Notes under the pieces: model-generated
The model's input: only the letters and a program-made list of their open reading frames with translations
The model's database searches: none
What the model was told of the DNA's origin: nothing
Program-made: the position numbers and the translations under genes
Part shown: positions 10,172-19,393 of the stretch, one piece after another
Layout: every line of letters starts with the position of its first letter
Position numbering within the stretch: the first letter of the stretch is position 1
Source of the DNA: Methanoregula sp. UBA276
Lineage (GTDB): Archaea; Halobacteriota; Methanomicrobia; Methanomicrobiales; Methanospirillaceae
Length of the DNA stretch: 44,696 bases
Assembly (NCBI GenBank): GCA_002508495.1
Contig: DANA01000116.1
Coordinates: 1 to 44,696 of the forward strand
Direction of reading: 5' to 3'

Positions 10172-10891
10172 ATGCTCGAGTCGCTCATCACGGTTGCGTT
10201 CAATATCGACCAGAACCTTGCGCTGGTAGTGCAGGAATATGGCATCTGGACCTACCTCATCCTCTTCCTCATCATCTTTCTTGAGACCGGCCTTGTCATC
10301 ATGCCGTTTCTCCCCGGTGATTCGCTCCTCTTTGTCGGGGGTGCAGCAGCGGCAGGAGGGATCCTCGATCCGCTGCTGCTTATGGTCGTCATTATCCTTG
10401 GCGCGGTCATCGGGGACACGGTCAACTACTGGATCGGGAATTATCTTGGCGTCCGGGTTTTTCTGGAACGGTTCCCGACGCTTGTCAGGAAGGAATACAT
10501 CGACCAGACCTACGCCTTCTTTGAAAAATATGGCGGGGCTACCATCTTTGTCGCCCGGTTCGTCCCGCTGGTACGGACATTTGCTCCCTTCCTCGCGGGA
10601 GTCGGGACCATGCACTACCGCCGGTTCCTCTTCTACAACGTTTCGGGGGCCATATGCTGGACGGTCAGCATTGTTCTTGCGGGGTATTTCTTCGGGACAA
10701 TCGGCGTAGTACAGGAGAATATGGGGCTGCTCATCATAGCGGTAATTCTTCTGATGGTTGGTACGGTACTCCTCATCATCGCAAAAATTATCCGTGGCTG
10801 GTGGGACCGGCGGCAGAACAGGCGTGCATTTAAAAAAAAAATCAGGGGTGGTGGACAACCTGGAGCCCCTGGTTGTCGACCCTGGTGGTAA
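10172..10891 (+). CDS. DedA/VTT family membrane protein
   Basis: IIFLETGL...PFLPGDSLLF, GDTVNYWIG, ARFVPLVRTFAPFLAG. Confidence 0.93.
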   Translation: MLESLITVAFNIDQNLALVVQEYGIWTYLILFLIIFLETGLVIMPFLPGDSLLFVGGAAAAGGILDPLLLMVVIILGAVIGDTVNYWIGNYLGVRVFLERFPTLVRKEYIDQTYAFFEKYGGATIFVARFVPLVRTFAPFLAGVGTMHYRRFLFYNVSGAICWTVSIVLAGYFFGTIGVVQENMGLLIIAVILLMVGTVLLIIAKIIRGWWDRRQNRRAFKKKIRGGGQPGAPGCRPWW

Positions 10892-11921
10892 TGGCTATTT
10901 TCAGCCCGAGAGGTTTGAGGATCTTACCGAGAGCAGTTTTATCTTTTTTTGTGATAACCGCAATGGACGGGCCAACCGAACTCATGCCCACGAACTCCAG
11001 TTTTGCTTCCCGCAGCAGGTTCATGTAATGGTAAATACCGTAGCTGTGGTGCTCCACTTCGGCCCTCTTGGAGCCCCGGAACTCGATCTCCCAGATGATC
11101 TCGCCGATCTTTTTGAGATCATCGCGTTCCAGGGCCGGGATGAGATCCATCATGAACATGTACGCCTTGAGCTCGCGATCCCGGTAATCGAGCGTGCGGG
11201 CCTTGTTCATTAAAAGATCGAACTCCTGCGTTCCGGCAGAGGAGATGTCGGTTGGCGGGATGATGATGTAGACATTCCTGCCCTCGGCAAACGGGTGGTG
11301 GTAGACAAATGCAAGCTCGTCTCCCATGACCGCCATGCCGCCACAGGTGCTGGCGGCCGGTCCAACGCCGGTCTCGAAGCCAAAGGCGATGTCTCCTTCC
11401 GCCGTCTCCTCGCAGTAGTTGTGGCCGATGAGGTGGCGGAGCTGGGTATTTGAAAGGGGCGAGCCGACCGCTTCATTCATGGCTGTTGCCACTGCGATCA
11501 TGACCGTGCTGGTCGAACCAAGGCCCACGTGCTGGTACTCGTGGTCGGTTATTGTAATGGCAAAACCACCGGAGTACCCGACTGCTTTTTTAAAGACCGC
11601 AACAAAGTTCTCGATGATAGCGGCACGGTTATACTCGATTGCGATCTCCTTTTTGGTGCACCGCACTTCCGCTGAGCAGTAGCACTGGATGGCAAACCCG
11701 ATACCGCCCCCGCCGGGATGATCCGGGGCAAAGCGGTTCATGTCAAGGACCGTTAAGTGAATCCGGGCCGGGGCACGGACAACCACGGTCCCTTTCGTTG
11801 GTTTGAGCATGAACTTTTTCTTCTCAAGGCCAAGGGTCTTGAGGTTCTTGCCGGGCGGGAAGGTTAAAAATTCGTATTCCACGAGATCGAGGTCGCCCCC
11901 GCGGATCTTCATGACAGCCAT
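10842..11921 (-). CDS. GHMP-fold beta-ribofuranosylaminobenzene 5'-phosphate (RFA-P) synthase family protein
   Basis: PARIHL..LDMN, GGGIGFA, HVGLGS, GMSSVGP motifs; start MAVMKIRGG at 11921; exact function not established. Confidence 0.75.
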   Translation of the reverse strand: MAVMKIRGGDLDLVEYEFLTFPPGKNLKTLGLEKKKFMLKPTKGTVVVRAPARIHLTVLDMNRFAPDHPGGGGIGFAIQCYCSAEVRCTKKEIAIEYNRAAIIENFVAVFKKAVGYSGGFAITITDHEYQHVGLGSTSTVMIAVATAMNEAVGSPLSNTQLRHLIGHNYCEETAEGDIAFGFETGVGPAASTCGGMAVMGDELAFVYHHPFAEGRNVYIIIPPTDISSAGTQEFDLLMNKARTLDYRDRELKAYMFMMDLIPALERDDLKKIGEIIWEIEFRGSKRAEVEHHSYGIYHYMNLLREAKLEFVGMSSVGPSIAVITKKDKTALGKILKPLGLKIAITTRVDNQGLQVVHHP

Positions 11922-11988
11922 ACGTAACATGTCCCGTTTGGAGTGTAATGAGAAAAATATTCCCTGCACCAGAAAAGGATGGAAAAAA

Positions 11989-12546
11989 TTATCGAGAACT
12001 TGGCCGGTCGAAAAAAATATTCTTGCCCGTTGCCGAGAGCGGGATTGCATACACGACCGTGCAGTCGCGGGGAACCAGCCCGAGGTCGCGGGCGGCAACC
12101 CCGCCCGAGTACATTATCCGGTTGTCGACATTGTGGATCTGGGCGGTCTTTACCGCGGACCCGATCGCGATACCGAGATCCGTCATACGGATGACACAGT
12201 TGGGGCCTTCAAACGGCGTAGCGGAAGGTCGTTTTTTTCTTGCCTTTACTAAATCCGCACAGGTGGCAAACCCGCACCCGCCACAGTTGATGCCGGCAAC
12301 CATGTCCCCCCGCGAACCGATGATAACACAGGCAGCGGCAGCGGCCAGGTTCTTTGCGTCCCGGAGGAAGAACCCGATGCCCAGTTCCTTTCCCAGCTTC
12401 GATAACCGGGTGGCGAGTTTTTTCACGTCTTTCTTTGCAAGAACACGGATCTCAAGCGAGTCCTCGCCTTTGCCCTTGGGGGCAGTCCGGGCAGCGAGGG
12501 CCATGAGTTCTCCAACCGTCATGACAGCATTCTCTTCCGGCGTCAT
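11989..12546 (-). CDS. Ferredoxin-domain-containing protein (DUF2148 family)
   Basis: AARTAPKGKG, NCGGCGFATC, GPNC, DLGIAIGSA, VDNRIMY. Confidence 0.85.
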   Translation of the reverse strand: MTPEENAVMTVGELMALAARTAPKGKGEDSLEIRVLAKKDVKKLATRLSKLGKELGIGFFLRDAKNLAAAAACVIIGSRGDMVAGINCGGCGFATCADLVKARKKRPSATPFEGPNCVIRMTDLGIAIGSAVKTAQIHNVDNRIMYSGGVAARDLGLVPRDCTVVYAIPLSATGKNIFFDRPSSR

Positions 12547-12610
12547 ACGGGAGTATGGGAGAATAGGATGGATAAATGTTCTGAAGGGCAGGTCACAATT
12601 TCCTGCTGAC

Positions 12611-13027
12611 CTAGACCCGGAATGCCACACCCGTGAACTCGGCTACCGGGCGTTCACCTTCGTGCACCAGGACGCGGTAGGTGTCGCAGGAGCCATTATC
12701 GGAGACCCGCCGGGCCTCGGCAACCAGCAGCCCTTTTGCGGGGGCGATATAGTGGATGGATACGGAGACTGCCACGCGGTGGGTGCCGCAGCAGTTGGCG
12801 GCGATCCCGAATGCCTGGTCAGCGAGCGAAAAGATAGCTCCGCCATGGGCGACCCCGCCCGGGTTCATCTTGCCACAACAGTCCATGGTCACTTTTGCAT
12901 ACCCTTCAGAAGCCTCAATGATATGCATATCGAGAAGCCGGCAGAACTCGCTCTCGTTGAACCGCCGGATTTGTGCCGCTATCGCGTCCGTATCCGCTGC
13001 CGGGAGATCTGATGGCATGAGACTCAC
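12611..13027 (-). CDS. PaaI family hotdog thioesterase
   Basis: NPGGVAHGGAIFSLADQAFG motif; start may be 13018. Confidence 0.9.
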   Translation of the reverse strand: MSLMPSDLPAADTDAIAAQIRRFNESEFCRLLDMHIIEASEGYAKVTMDCCGKMNPGGVAHGGAIFSLADQAFGIAANCCGTHRVAVSVSIHYIAPAKGLLVAEARRVSDNGSCDTYRVLVHEGERPVAEFTGVAFRV

Positions 13028-13040
13028 GTTGCAGGCTTTC

Positions 13041-13739
13041 TCATTTGTACTCTTTCCGGCAGTACGAGTACTTCCCGCTCTCGCCCCCGTCCGAGACGAT
13101 TGCTATCCATTCGTAGATGGACTGGACGGTGCCGAACTTCTGGTACCGGCGCATGGAGAACCCGACCTTGAGCCGGTTGTCAAAAGAGATGCGGCCAAGG
13201 TCTTTCATCCGCATCGCGATCTCCAGATCGTCGCCCGCATCGATGCAGCGGTACCTGCCGGCAGCGATGAATGCCTCTTTCCGGAATGCCGTGTTGCATC
13301 CAAGGGTATAGAAAAATGTCTTACTGTAATACCCGATCCGCGAGAACATGTTCGCAAGAAAGAGCGAGAACTGGTTGCCGAGCCCTTCCTCAATCGGGTA
13401 GACCGGGCCATACACCTGCACGACTGCCGGGTCCGAGAAGTCCTTTGCAATCTGTCGGAGCCAGTGCGGCGGGAGGATGCAGTCGGCATCCGTGGTCGCG
13501 ATGATATCCCCCTTTGCTGCCATCACCCCGTCATTCCGTGCCCCGCCAACCTTTTTGCTGGTCTGGGTGAATACCAGATCCGCATATTTCTTCGCTATCT
13601 CACAGGTCGCATCTTTCGACCCGCCGTCAACAACGATGATCTCGTACTCGCTCCTTGGCACAGACTGGTGGGACAGGGAAACGAGACACTGGGCAATGTT
13701 CTCTTCTTCATTGAAGGTCGGGATGATGACCGATATCAT
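13041..13739 (-). CDS. Glycosyltransferase family 2
   Basis: ISVIIPTFNEE, VVDGGSKD, GGARNDG, TDADC. Confidence 0.92.
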   Translation of the reverse strand: MISVIIPTFNEEENIAQCLVSLSHQSVPRSEYEIIVVDGGSKDATCEIAKKYADLVFTQTSKKVGGARNDGVMAAKGDIIATTDADCILPPHWLRQIAKDFSDPAVVQVYGPVYPIEEGLGNQFSLFLANMFSRIGYYSKTFFYTLGCNTAFRKEAFIAAGRYRCIDAGDDLEIAMRMKDLGRISFDNRLKVGFSMRRYQKFGTVQSIYEWIAIVSDGGESGKYSYCRKEYK

Positions 13740-13802
13740 GGGGGCTCTCCTTGGTACTATCGTTGGCCCGGAATCCAGATAAGCGTGATGCAATGCGCCA
13801 TT

Positions 13803-15125
13803 TCATTCTTTTGAACCCGTCTCGCGGGCAATGAAATCGAAAGCGCTGCGGATGACGCCGTCCATGTTCAGGTACTCGAACTGGGCAAACCGGCCAACGA
13901 GCGGGATGCCGGCTGAGGTACAGTAGTCTTTGACGATAGCGATGTTTTTCTGGTACGCGAGGTCATAGACCACGTACGCAAATGGCTGGCGGCGGACTGA
14001 TGTACAGACAATACGGTCAGCAGTACAGATACCCATTCGTTCAAGCATGCCCGTAACTTCTGCAACCAGTTCCTCGTCCGTCATGGCACTGGCGGGATCT
14101 CCGGGCTGGTGCGTGATCTCGGCAAGAACGGAGCTGCACCCTTTTGGGGCGGCATGGGCACTGAAATGGGACGGGAATGAGATACGGTTGGTCATCCCGA
14201 GCTCCTTGTCCGGGATATACATCCAGGATACGGGCGGAAGCGTTCCCTGCACCCCGACATTGACGCAGATGAGCGCATTGCAGACCAGGGCCCGGCATGC
14301 CTCCGTAACCTCTGGCGGAACACCTTCGAGGCAGGGAAGGAGGTGCTGGAGCGGTATCGTACAGATGAGACGGTCAGCCGCGATGGTCTCGGCTCCGTTG
14401 CCGATGGTCCACGTTTTGCCGGACCTCCGCACGGACGTAACCGTGAACCCGGTCCGGATACAGGGTTCGACCGGGCGGGCAATAGCCCGGACAAGCGCCT
14501 CGATCCCGCCGTCCAGCGGGTAGGAGAAGACCGCCTGGTGCGTGTACCCTTCCGTCTCGATACCAATGGCGGATTTTATAATGTCCTCGACCGGTGGGCG
14601 GGGGATCCTGCCGTCCACCCAGTGGTATGACATCTTTTCGGTGGGGTATTTCCAGATCTTCTCATTGTAGGGCACCATGTAACAATCGGCAATGCCGGGA
14701 CCGAAGATGTACGTGATCCATTCGCGGAAGTTCTGCGGCTTTGCGACTTCTCCTTTCTCAACCGCGATCAGGTTCCGGACAAACCCGTTGATACAGATGA
14801 ACCGGTCGTCCGGCGGAAGGTCGTACAGGCCGTTCTCGAACGGGTACTTGACATATTTCCCCTGGTAAAAGATCCGGGTATTCCGGGTATTCCGCTGCTC
14901 GTTTGCGGCAATCATCCGGCGCATGAAAGCAAGGACTTCTTCATCACGCGAGAAGATGATGTGGGATCCGCCGCAGTCGAAGGTGAACCCCTGCTCCGTG
15001 CGGGAACGGCAGAGGCCGCCGTACTCCTCTTCAGCTTCAAGGACCACGACTTCCTGTCCCGCTTCATGGAGAAGCCGGGCAAGGGTGAGGCCGGTGAGGC
15101 CGCCCCCGAGTATTGCTGTCTTCAC
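13803..15125 (-). CDS. FAD-dependent oxidoreductase (protoporphyrinogen oxidase/UDP-galactopyranose mutase-like)
   Basis: GGGLTGL Rossmann motif, GGLCRS, DCGGSHI, PYNEKIW, GRFAQFEYLNMD; next to GT2. Confidence 0.85.
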   Translation of the reverse strand: MKTAILGGGLTGLTLARLLHEAGQEVVVLEAEEEYGGLCRSRTEQGFTFDCGGSHIIFSRDEEVLAFMRRMIAANEQRNTRNTRIFYQGKYVKYPFENGLYDLPPDDRFICINGFVRNLIAVEKGEVAKPQNFREWITYIFGPGIADCYMVPYNEKIWKYPTEKMSYHWVDGRIPRPPVEDIIKSAIGIETEGYTHQAVFSYPLDGGIEALVRAIARPVEPCIRTGFTVTSVRRSGKTWTIGNGAETIAADRLICTIPLQHLLPCLEGVPPEVTEACRALVCNALICVNVGVQGTLPPVSWMYIPDKELGMTNRISFPSHFSAHAAPKGCSSVLAEITHQPGDPASAMTDEELVAEVTGMLERMGICTADRIVCTSVRRQPFAYVVYDLAYQKNIAIVKDYCTSAGIPLVGRFAQFEYLNMDGVIRSAFDFIARETGSKE

Positions 15126-15172
15126 GCCGTACCGGTTCGCCGCCGGGATTTATATTAATGCGGGTTGCATTT

Positions 15173-15862
15173 TCAGAGCGGGACCGGCATCGGGGTTGCC
15201 GGCGCGGAACACTGGCCCCGGTAACAGATGAGCCCCCGCGGGCAGTCATTGAGGCAGGACCCGCAATGGTCTTTGTCCGACATGAGGTCAAAACAGCCGT
15301 CTGGACAACTGGTCTTTCCTGCTGAACAACTTTTCTGGCACATGCCATTTAAACAGAACTGGCCTTTTTCGCATTCAACACCGCACAACCCGCAGTGCAT
15401 ACTGTCAGACCGCAGATCCACGCAGGTGTTGTTGCATTTCACCCGGTCCGCGGCACAGACCACCGGTTTTGTTGCCGGGGCGGGGGTTGCGGTGGTGAGG
15501 ACCGTTGTCGGGAGGGTGCTTGCCGGAACATCCGTGGTCGGGACAGGTGTCGGTTCATTGGTGATGATTTTCACCCATGAACCGCCCGGAGTGTTCTCCC
15601 CCGCAGGCCCCGTATTCGCAGCGTGTGTGGCGGGTGCAGAAGACCCGGCAAGCAACGGGTAAGCGGCAAAGGTACCCGCGAGGATGACAATGGCAAAAAC
15701 GATCCCGGCAATCAGGATGGCACGGGAGGAAAGCCCGGCTGGGGAGAACCGGCCCGCTTCTGTGCCGGTTGCCGGCAGGTCCGGTACCAACGATGCACCG
15801 CACGAAGTACAGAACTGCTCATCAGGTTCAACGGCACTGCCGCACTGGGGACAGAAAGGCGT
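15173..15862 (-). CDS. Zinc-ribbon + TM + Pro/Thr linker + Cys-rich STIG1-like repeat protein
   Basis: In-frame PFCPQCG...FCTSCG lies upstream of the ORF-track TTG (15790); single TM; two C-x-DL-x-SD-x-x-HCG-x-C repeats; start codon uncertain (ACG at 15862). Confidence 0.75.
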   Translation of the reverse strand, partial: TPFCPQCGSAVEPDEQFCTSCGASLVPDLPATGTEAGRFSPAGLSSRAILIAGIVFAIVILAGTFAAYPLLAGSSAPATHAANTGPAGENTPGGSWVKIITNEPTPVPTTDVPASTLPTTVLTTATPAPATKPVVCAADRVKCNNTCVDLRSDSMHCGLCGVECEKGQFCLNGMCQKSCSAGKTSCPDGCFDLMSDKDHCGSCLNDCPRGLICYRGQCSAPATPMPVPL

Positions 15863-15940
15863 AACGAGATCACCGGTCCGGTTTTTGGTAACGTTTGCCG
15901 GCGCGGGGAAAAAAGGTTATGCTGTTTTTAGATGAGGAGA

Positions 15941-17449
15941 TCAGTCCCGCTTGAAATACCAGCCGGTCATGGTCTCGTCAAGGACCGTATCCGGGGTCTT
16001 TTTGGTCATCATGCTGACGACAATCATCGCGATGACCGAGATAACGAAAGCATAGAACGAGAAATGCATGGGCATGGCAAAGATCTTGATCTTGAAATAG
16101 CTCAGGCCGCCGAAGAAGAGTGCGGCGATGAGCCCAAGCGCCATCGAAGCGATTGCACCATCGCGGGTGGCACCCCGCCAGTACAGGCCGGCAAGCAGCG
16201 GGACGGCAAAGGTTGCAAACATGATCCCGATCCCTGCCCAAATCAGCCAGACCAGCATGTCGGGAGGATTGATCGCCATCAGGAGCGTGATTGCCGCAGC
16301 ACCGAGAACCGAGAGCCGGCTCACCAGGAGGACCTGTTTTTCGGGTGCGTCCGGTTTTAAGATCTTCTTGAAGATATCCCACGAGAAGTAGGTGCCGATG
16401 GTGAGCATGAGGCGATCGGTTGTCGACATGACCGCAGCAAGGATGATGACACCGAGGATGCTTGACAGCACCACGCTCGGGAGTGCGTACTCGACGCCCA
16501 GGACAAAGATGTAGTCGGATGCATTCTTGACTTCGGGCAGGACAATGAGCCCCTCATCAACCATGGACATACCGGCAAATCCGGCAAATTTTAAGAGGAA
16601 CATGACGATGCCGTACACGACAAAAGCGACCAGTGGTGCCCACTTGAAGTACCGGATATCTTTTACCGCAAGCACATTGTTGATGACATGCGGCGCACAG
16701 GCAAGACCGATAGAGAGCAAAAGGAAGAACGAGATTACGTATTCAGGACAGAACACTCCCCCGGCTACCCAGGGGTCGACATTGGACGGGTTGATGCTCG
16801 CCATGACTTCGTTGACGTGCGTGAATCCGCCTGCCGCCATGATGACGAACGGGGCCATGATGAGGACACCCGCGATCAGGATGACGCCCTGAACAAGGGT
16901 TGTCCACGATACCGCATAGAGACCGCCGATGACCGTGTAGAGGGTGACGATGGCCGCACCAATCAGGAGCGCGTACAAGTGGGGGATCTTGAAAAGCCAC
17001 ATCAGGACGATGCTTACCGCAGTGTACTGGCCGGCGAGATAGATCATGGAGACGACTATCCCCGAGAGTGCGCTCAATCCCCGCAGGGTGGTGTTGCTCT
17101 CATACCGGTGGGCGAGATAGTCCTGGACGGTCATGTACCCGGATTTCCTGGCAATGGCGTACATTTTGTACCCAAAGAAGATGATACAGAAGGCGACGCT
17201 GAACGGGACAGCAATCTGCTCCCAGATGGTGGGCCAGCCGAATTTGAATCCCAGGCCCGAGACACCGAGGAGCGACATGCCCGAACAGACGGATCCTATC
17301 ATCAGGAGGGTGAATACCCAGAAGCCGAGCGACCGGCCGGCAACCACGTAATCTTCCATGGTGTGGATCTTCTTCGATGCCCAGATGCCGATCCCGACAA
17401 GACCGAGGAAATAGACAGCAACGAGACCGACCGTGAAGAGGTCAGACAT
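15941..17449 (-). CDS. Sodium:solute symporter (SSS) family protein
   Basis: DYVVAGRSLG, YTVIGGLYAVSWT, AAVMSTTD, PLLAGLYWR; GGAGG RBS at 17456-17460. Confidence 0.93.
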   Translation of the reverse strand: MSDLFTVGLVAVYFLGLVGIGIWASKKIHTMEDYVVAGRSLGFWVFTLLMIGSVCSGMSLLGVSGLGFKFGWPTIWEQIAVPFSVAFCIIFFGYKMYAIARKSGYMTVQDYLAHRYESNTTLRGLSALSGIVVSMIYLAGQYTAVSIVLMWLFKIPHLYALLIGAAIVTLYTVIGGLYAVSWTTLVQGVILIAGVLIMAPFVIMAAGGFTHVNEVMASINPSNVDPWVAGGVFCPEYVISFFLLLSIGLACAPHVINNVLAVKDIRYFKWAPLVAFVVYGIVMFLLKFAGFAGMSMVDEGLIVLPEVKNASDYIFVLGVEYALPSVVLSSILGVIILAAVMSTTDRLMLTIGTYFSWDIFKKILKPDAPEKQVLLVSRLSVLGAAAITLLMAINPPDMLVWLIWAGIGIMFATFAVPLLAGLYWRGATRDGAIASMALGLIAALFFGGLSYFKIKIFAMPMHFSFYAFVISVIAMIVVSMMTKKTPDTVLDETMTGWYFKRD

Positions 17450-17552
17450 CTGCATCCTCCTTAAAAGTGAGGCCCCACAACAACAGTGCAATGAATATGA
17501 TGACACAGATCGCCCCGACAAGAGCGATGGTCAGTAATGGCAGTCCAAACAT
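17442..17552 (-). CDS. 36-aa single-TM symporter accessory peptide (not in ORF track)
   Basis: Reads MFGLPLLTIALVGAICVIIFIALLLWGLTFKEDADV*; overlaps the SSS start; TTAAATA box about 28 nt upstream. Confidence 0.75.
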   Translation of the reverse strand: MFGLPLLTIALVGAICVIIFIALLLWGLTFKEDADV

Positions 17553-17568
17553 AGTACCTTGTTAGCGT

Positions 17569-17587
17569 GTAGCATGCTACTATTTAA
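17569..17587 (-). promoter_or_regulatory. TATA-like box plus perfect 12-bp palindrome GTAGCATGCTAC upstream of SSS operon
   Basis: Palindrome at 17569-17580 sits between TTAAATA (minus strand) and ATG 17552. Confidence 0.45.
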
Positions 17588-17732
17588 CACGCTCGAAATG
17601 GTTGTCTGTTGAACTCATCTCCCCCAGATCTCCCCCGTTTTGGGTATCTGCCAGCGGTACAGGCATGAAAAACGAAACGGTTATCACGGTAGGTTACCGA
17701 CATTTTAGTTCAGGTAGTTATCAGGAGTTTTT

Positions 17733-19316
17733 TTGACCGTGGATCTTCCCCTTCTCTTCTTCCTTGCAATATTTCCGATCCTGGTAATTTTTACCGGGCT
17801 GGTCTTCCTGCACCAGCCGGGTATGCGAATGGCAATAGTAGGCTGGATCCTCACGGTAATCCTTGCCGTCACCATCTTCAGGACCCCGGCGGAAGTTGCA
17901 TTTGCGGCATCCTTTGCAGGTATCCTCTCGTCCTTCGGTATATCCCTGATGGTCCTCTTCACCATCCTCCAGGTGACGATGATGGACCTGACCGGTGCCA
18001 TTACCCGGATTACGGCGTCGATCAAATCCATTGCCGCGGAACGCTACGAGCAGATCATGATGCTGAACGTCGGGTTCGGGTCGTTCCTTGTCTCGATCGG
18101 TGCAACGCCGGTTACGATGCTCCCACCGATCATGCTTGCGCTTGGTTTCTCCCCGCTGACTGCCGTTGCCCTGCCCTGCCTCGGGTATGACCCGCTCACA
18201 TCGTTTTCCCTGCTTGCTGTCCCCATCACCATACCGGCAACTGCTTTCGGGTTCGATGCCCGTGACCTCGGGATCCAGATCGCCTTCTTCCTGCCGGTCA
18301 TCTCCACGGGCCTTGCTCTCGGCATGCTCTGGGTGGCCGATGGTTTTGACGGTATCCGGAAAGGATTTGTTACGGCCATTGTCGCGGGTATGAGCCTTGG
18401 CCTCTTCTCTATTTTCTTCGTTCACATCCTGCCCGGCTCGGCAATCGGGCTTGTCGGGGTCTTCTCGGGTCTTTTGACCATCGCGGTCCTCTTCCTCCTG
18501 CGGACCCTGCGGTGCCGGTGCGTTCCGGCCGTTACGGCCCTGCCCCCCGAACCCCTGCCCCATAATGGTATGCCCCTCTGGCGGGCTGCATTTCCCTGGG
18601 TCCTCCTTGTCGCGTTCGCCATCATAATCAGCATACCGGTTATCCAGGCTCTTCTCTATGACCTGTGTGGCCCGGCCCAGAAGATACCGGTCATAGCCGG
18701 CAAAATCGTTGACTTAAAACTCCTCAACCAGGCATACTTCTGGGTTTTTGTCAGCACAGTCATCTCCGCCCCGCTCCTTGTCCGGAGCAGGGAAGAGACA
18801 AAAGGCATCATCACGCTCTGGCTGAAACGGGCATGGTGCCCGACCCTTGCAACGATGGTCTTCTTTGCGATTGCTTATGTCATGGACTGGTCCGGCCAGT
18901 CGGTGATCGATGGCGTCCTCGCGTTTGCTCCCGGTGCGGATGCTCTCAACATGAACGCCGTCATCGGGTTGTCGCTCGCGCTCTTCTTCGGGGCGACATT
19001 CCCGCTCATCAGCCCCACGCTGGGTATTCTCGGGTCGTTCATCTCCGGTTCGGAGACTTCATCAAACGTGATGTTTTACGGCATCCTGCAAAAATCCACG
19101 GAAGTTCTGCACCTTGACTTCCTGCCGGTTTATGCTGCCCATGCAGTCAGCGGGGGGATCGCATCCGGTGTTGCCATAGCCAAGATCCTCAACGCCGCAG
19201 CGGTCATCGACCAGCTGGGAATCGAGGGGGAGGTCATAAAAAAAGTTGCCCCGGTTGCCGTTGTCCTCACACTCCTGACCGGCATTATGCTGTACCTGGT
19301 GCTTATATTCGGGTAA
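17733..19316 (+). CDS. L-lactate permease (LctP) family transporter
   Basis: Polytopic; LGILGSFISGSETSSNVMF resembles the LctP G.F.TGS.T.SN motif; GGAG before TTG 17733 (alternative GTG 17739). Confidence 0.82.
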   Translation: MTVDLPLLFFLAIFPILVIFTGLVFLHQPGMRMAIVGWILTVILAVTIFRTPAEVAFAASFAGILSSFGISLMVLFTILQVTMMDLTGAITRITASIKSIAAERYEQIMMLNVGFGSFLVSIGATPVTMLPPIMLALGFSPLTAVALPCLGYDPLTSFSLLAVPITIPATAFGFDARDLGIQIAFFLPVISTGLALGMLWVADGFDGIRKGFVTAIVAGMSLGLFSIFFVHILPGSAIGLVGVFSGLLTIAVLFLLRTLRCRCVPAVTALPPEPLPHNGMPLWRAAFPWVLLVAFAIIISIPVIQALLYDLCGPAQKIPVIAGKIVDLKLLNQAYFWVFVSTVISAPLLVRSREETKGIITLWLKRAWCPTLATMVFFAIAYVMDWSGQSVIDGVLAFAPGADALNMNAVIGLSLALFFGATFPLISPTLGILGSFISGSETSSNVMFYGILQKSTEVLHLDFLPVYAAHAVSGGIASGVAIAKILNAAAVIDQLGIEGEVIKKVAPVAVVLTLLTGIMLYLVLIFG

Positions 19317-19393
19317 TCCTGTGCGGGAAGCACCCTTGTTTTTTCAATGGAACAAAAAAGGGGAGTATGGTAGTTCCGGTTCTGTTTTTGTGC

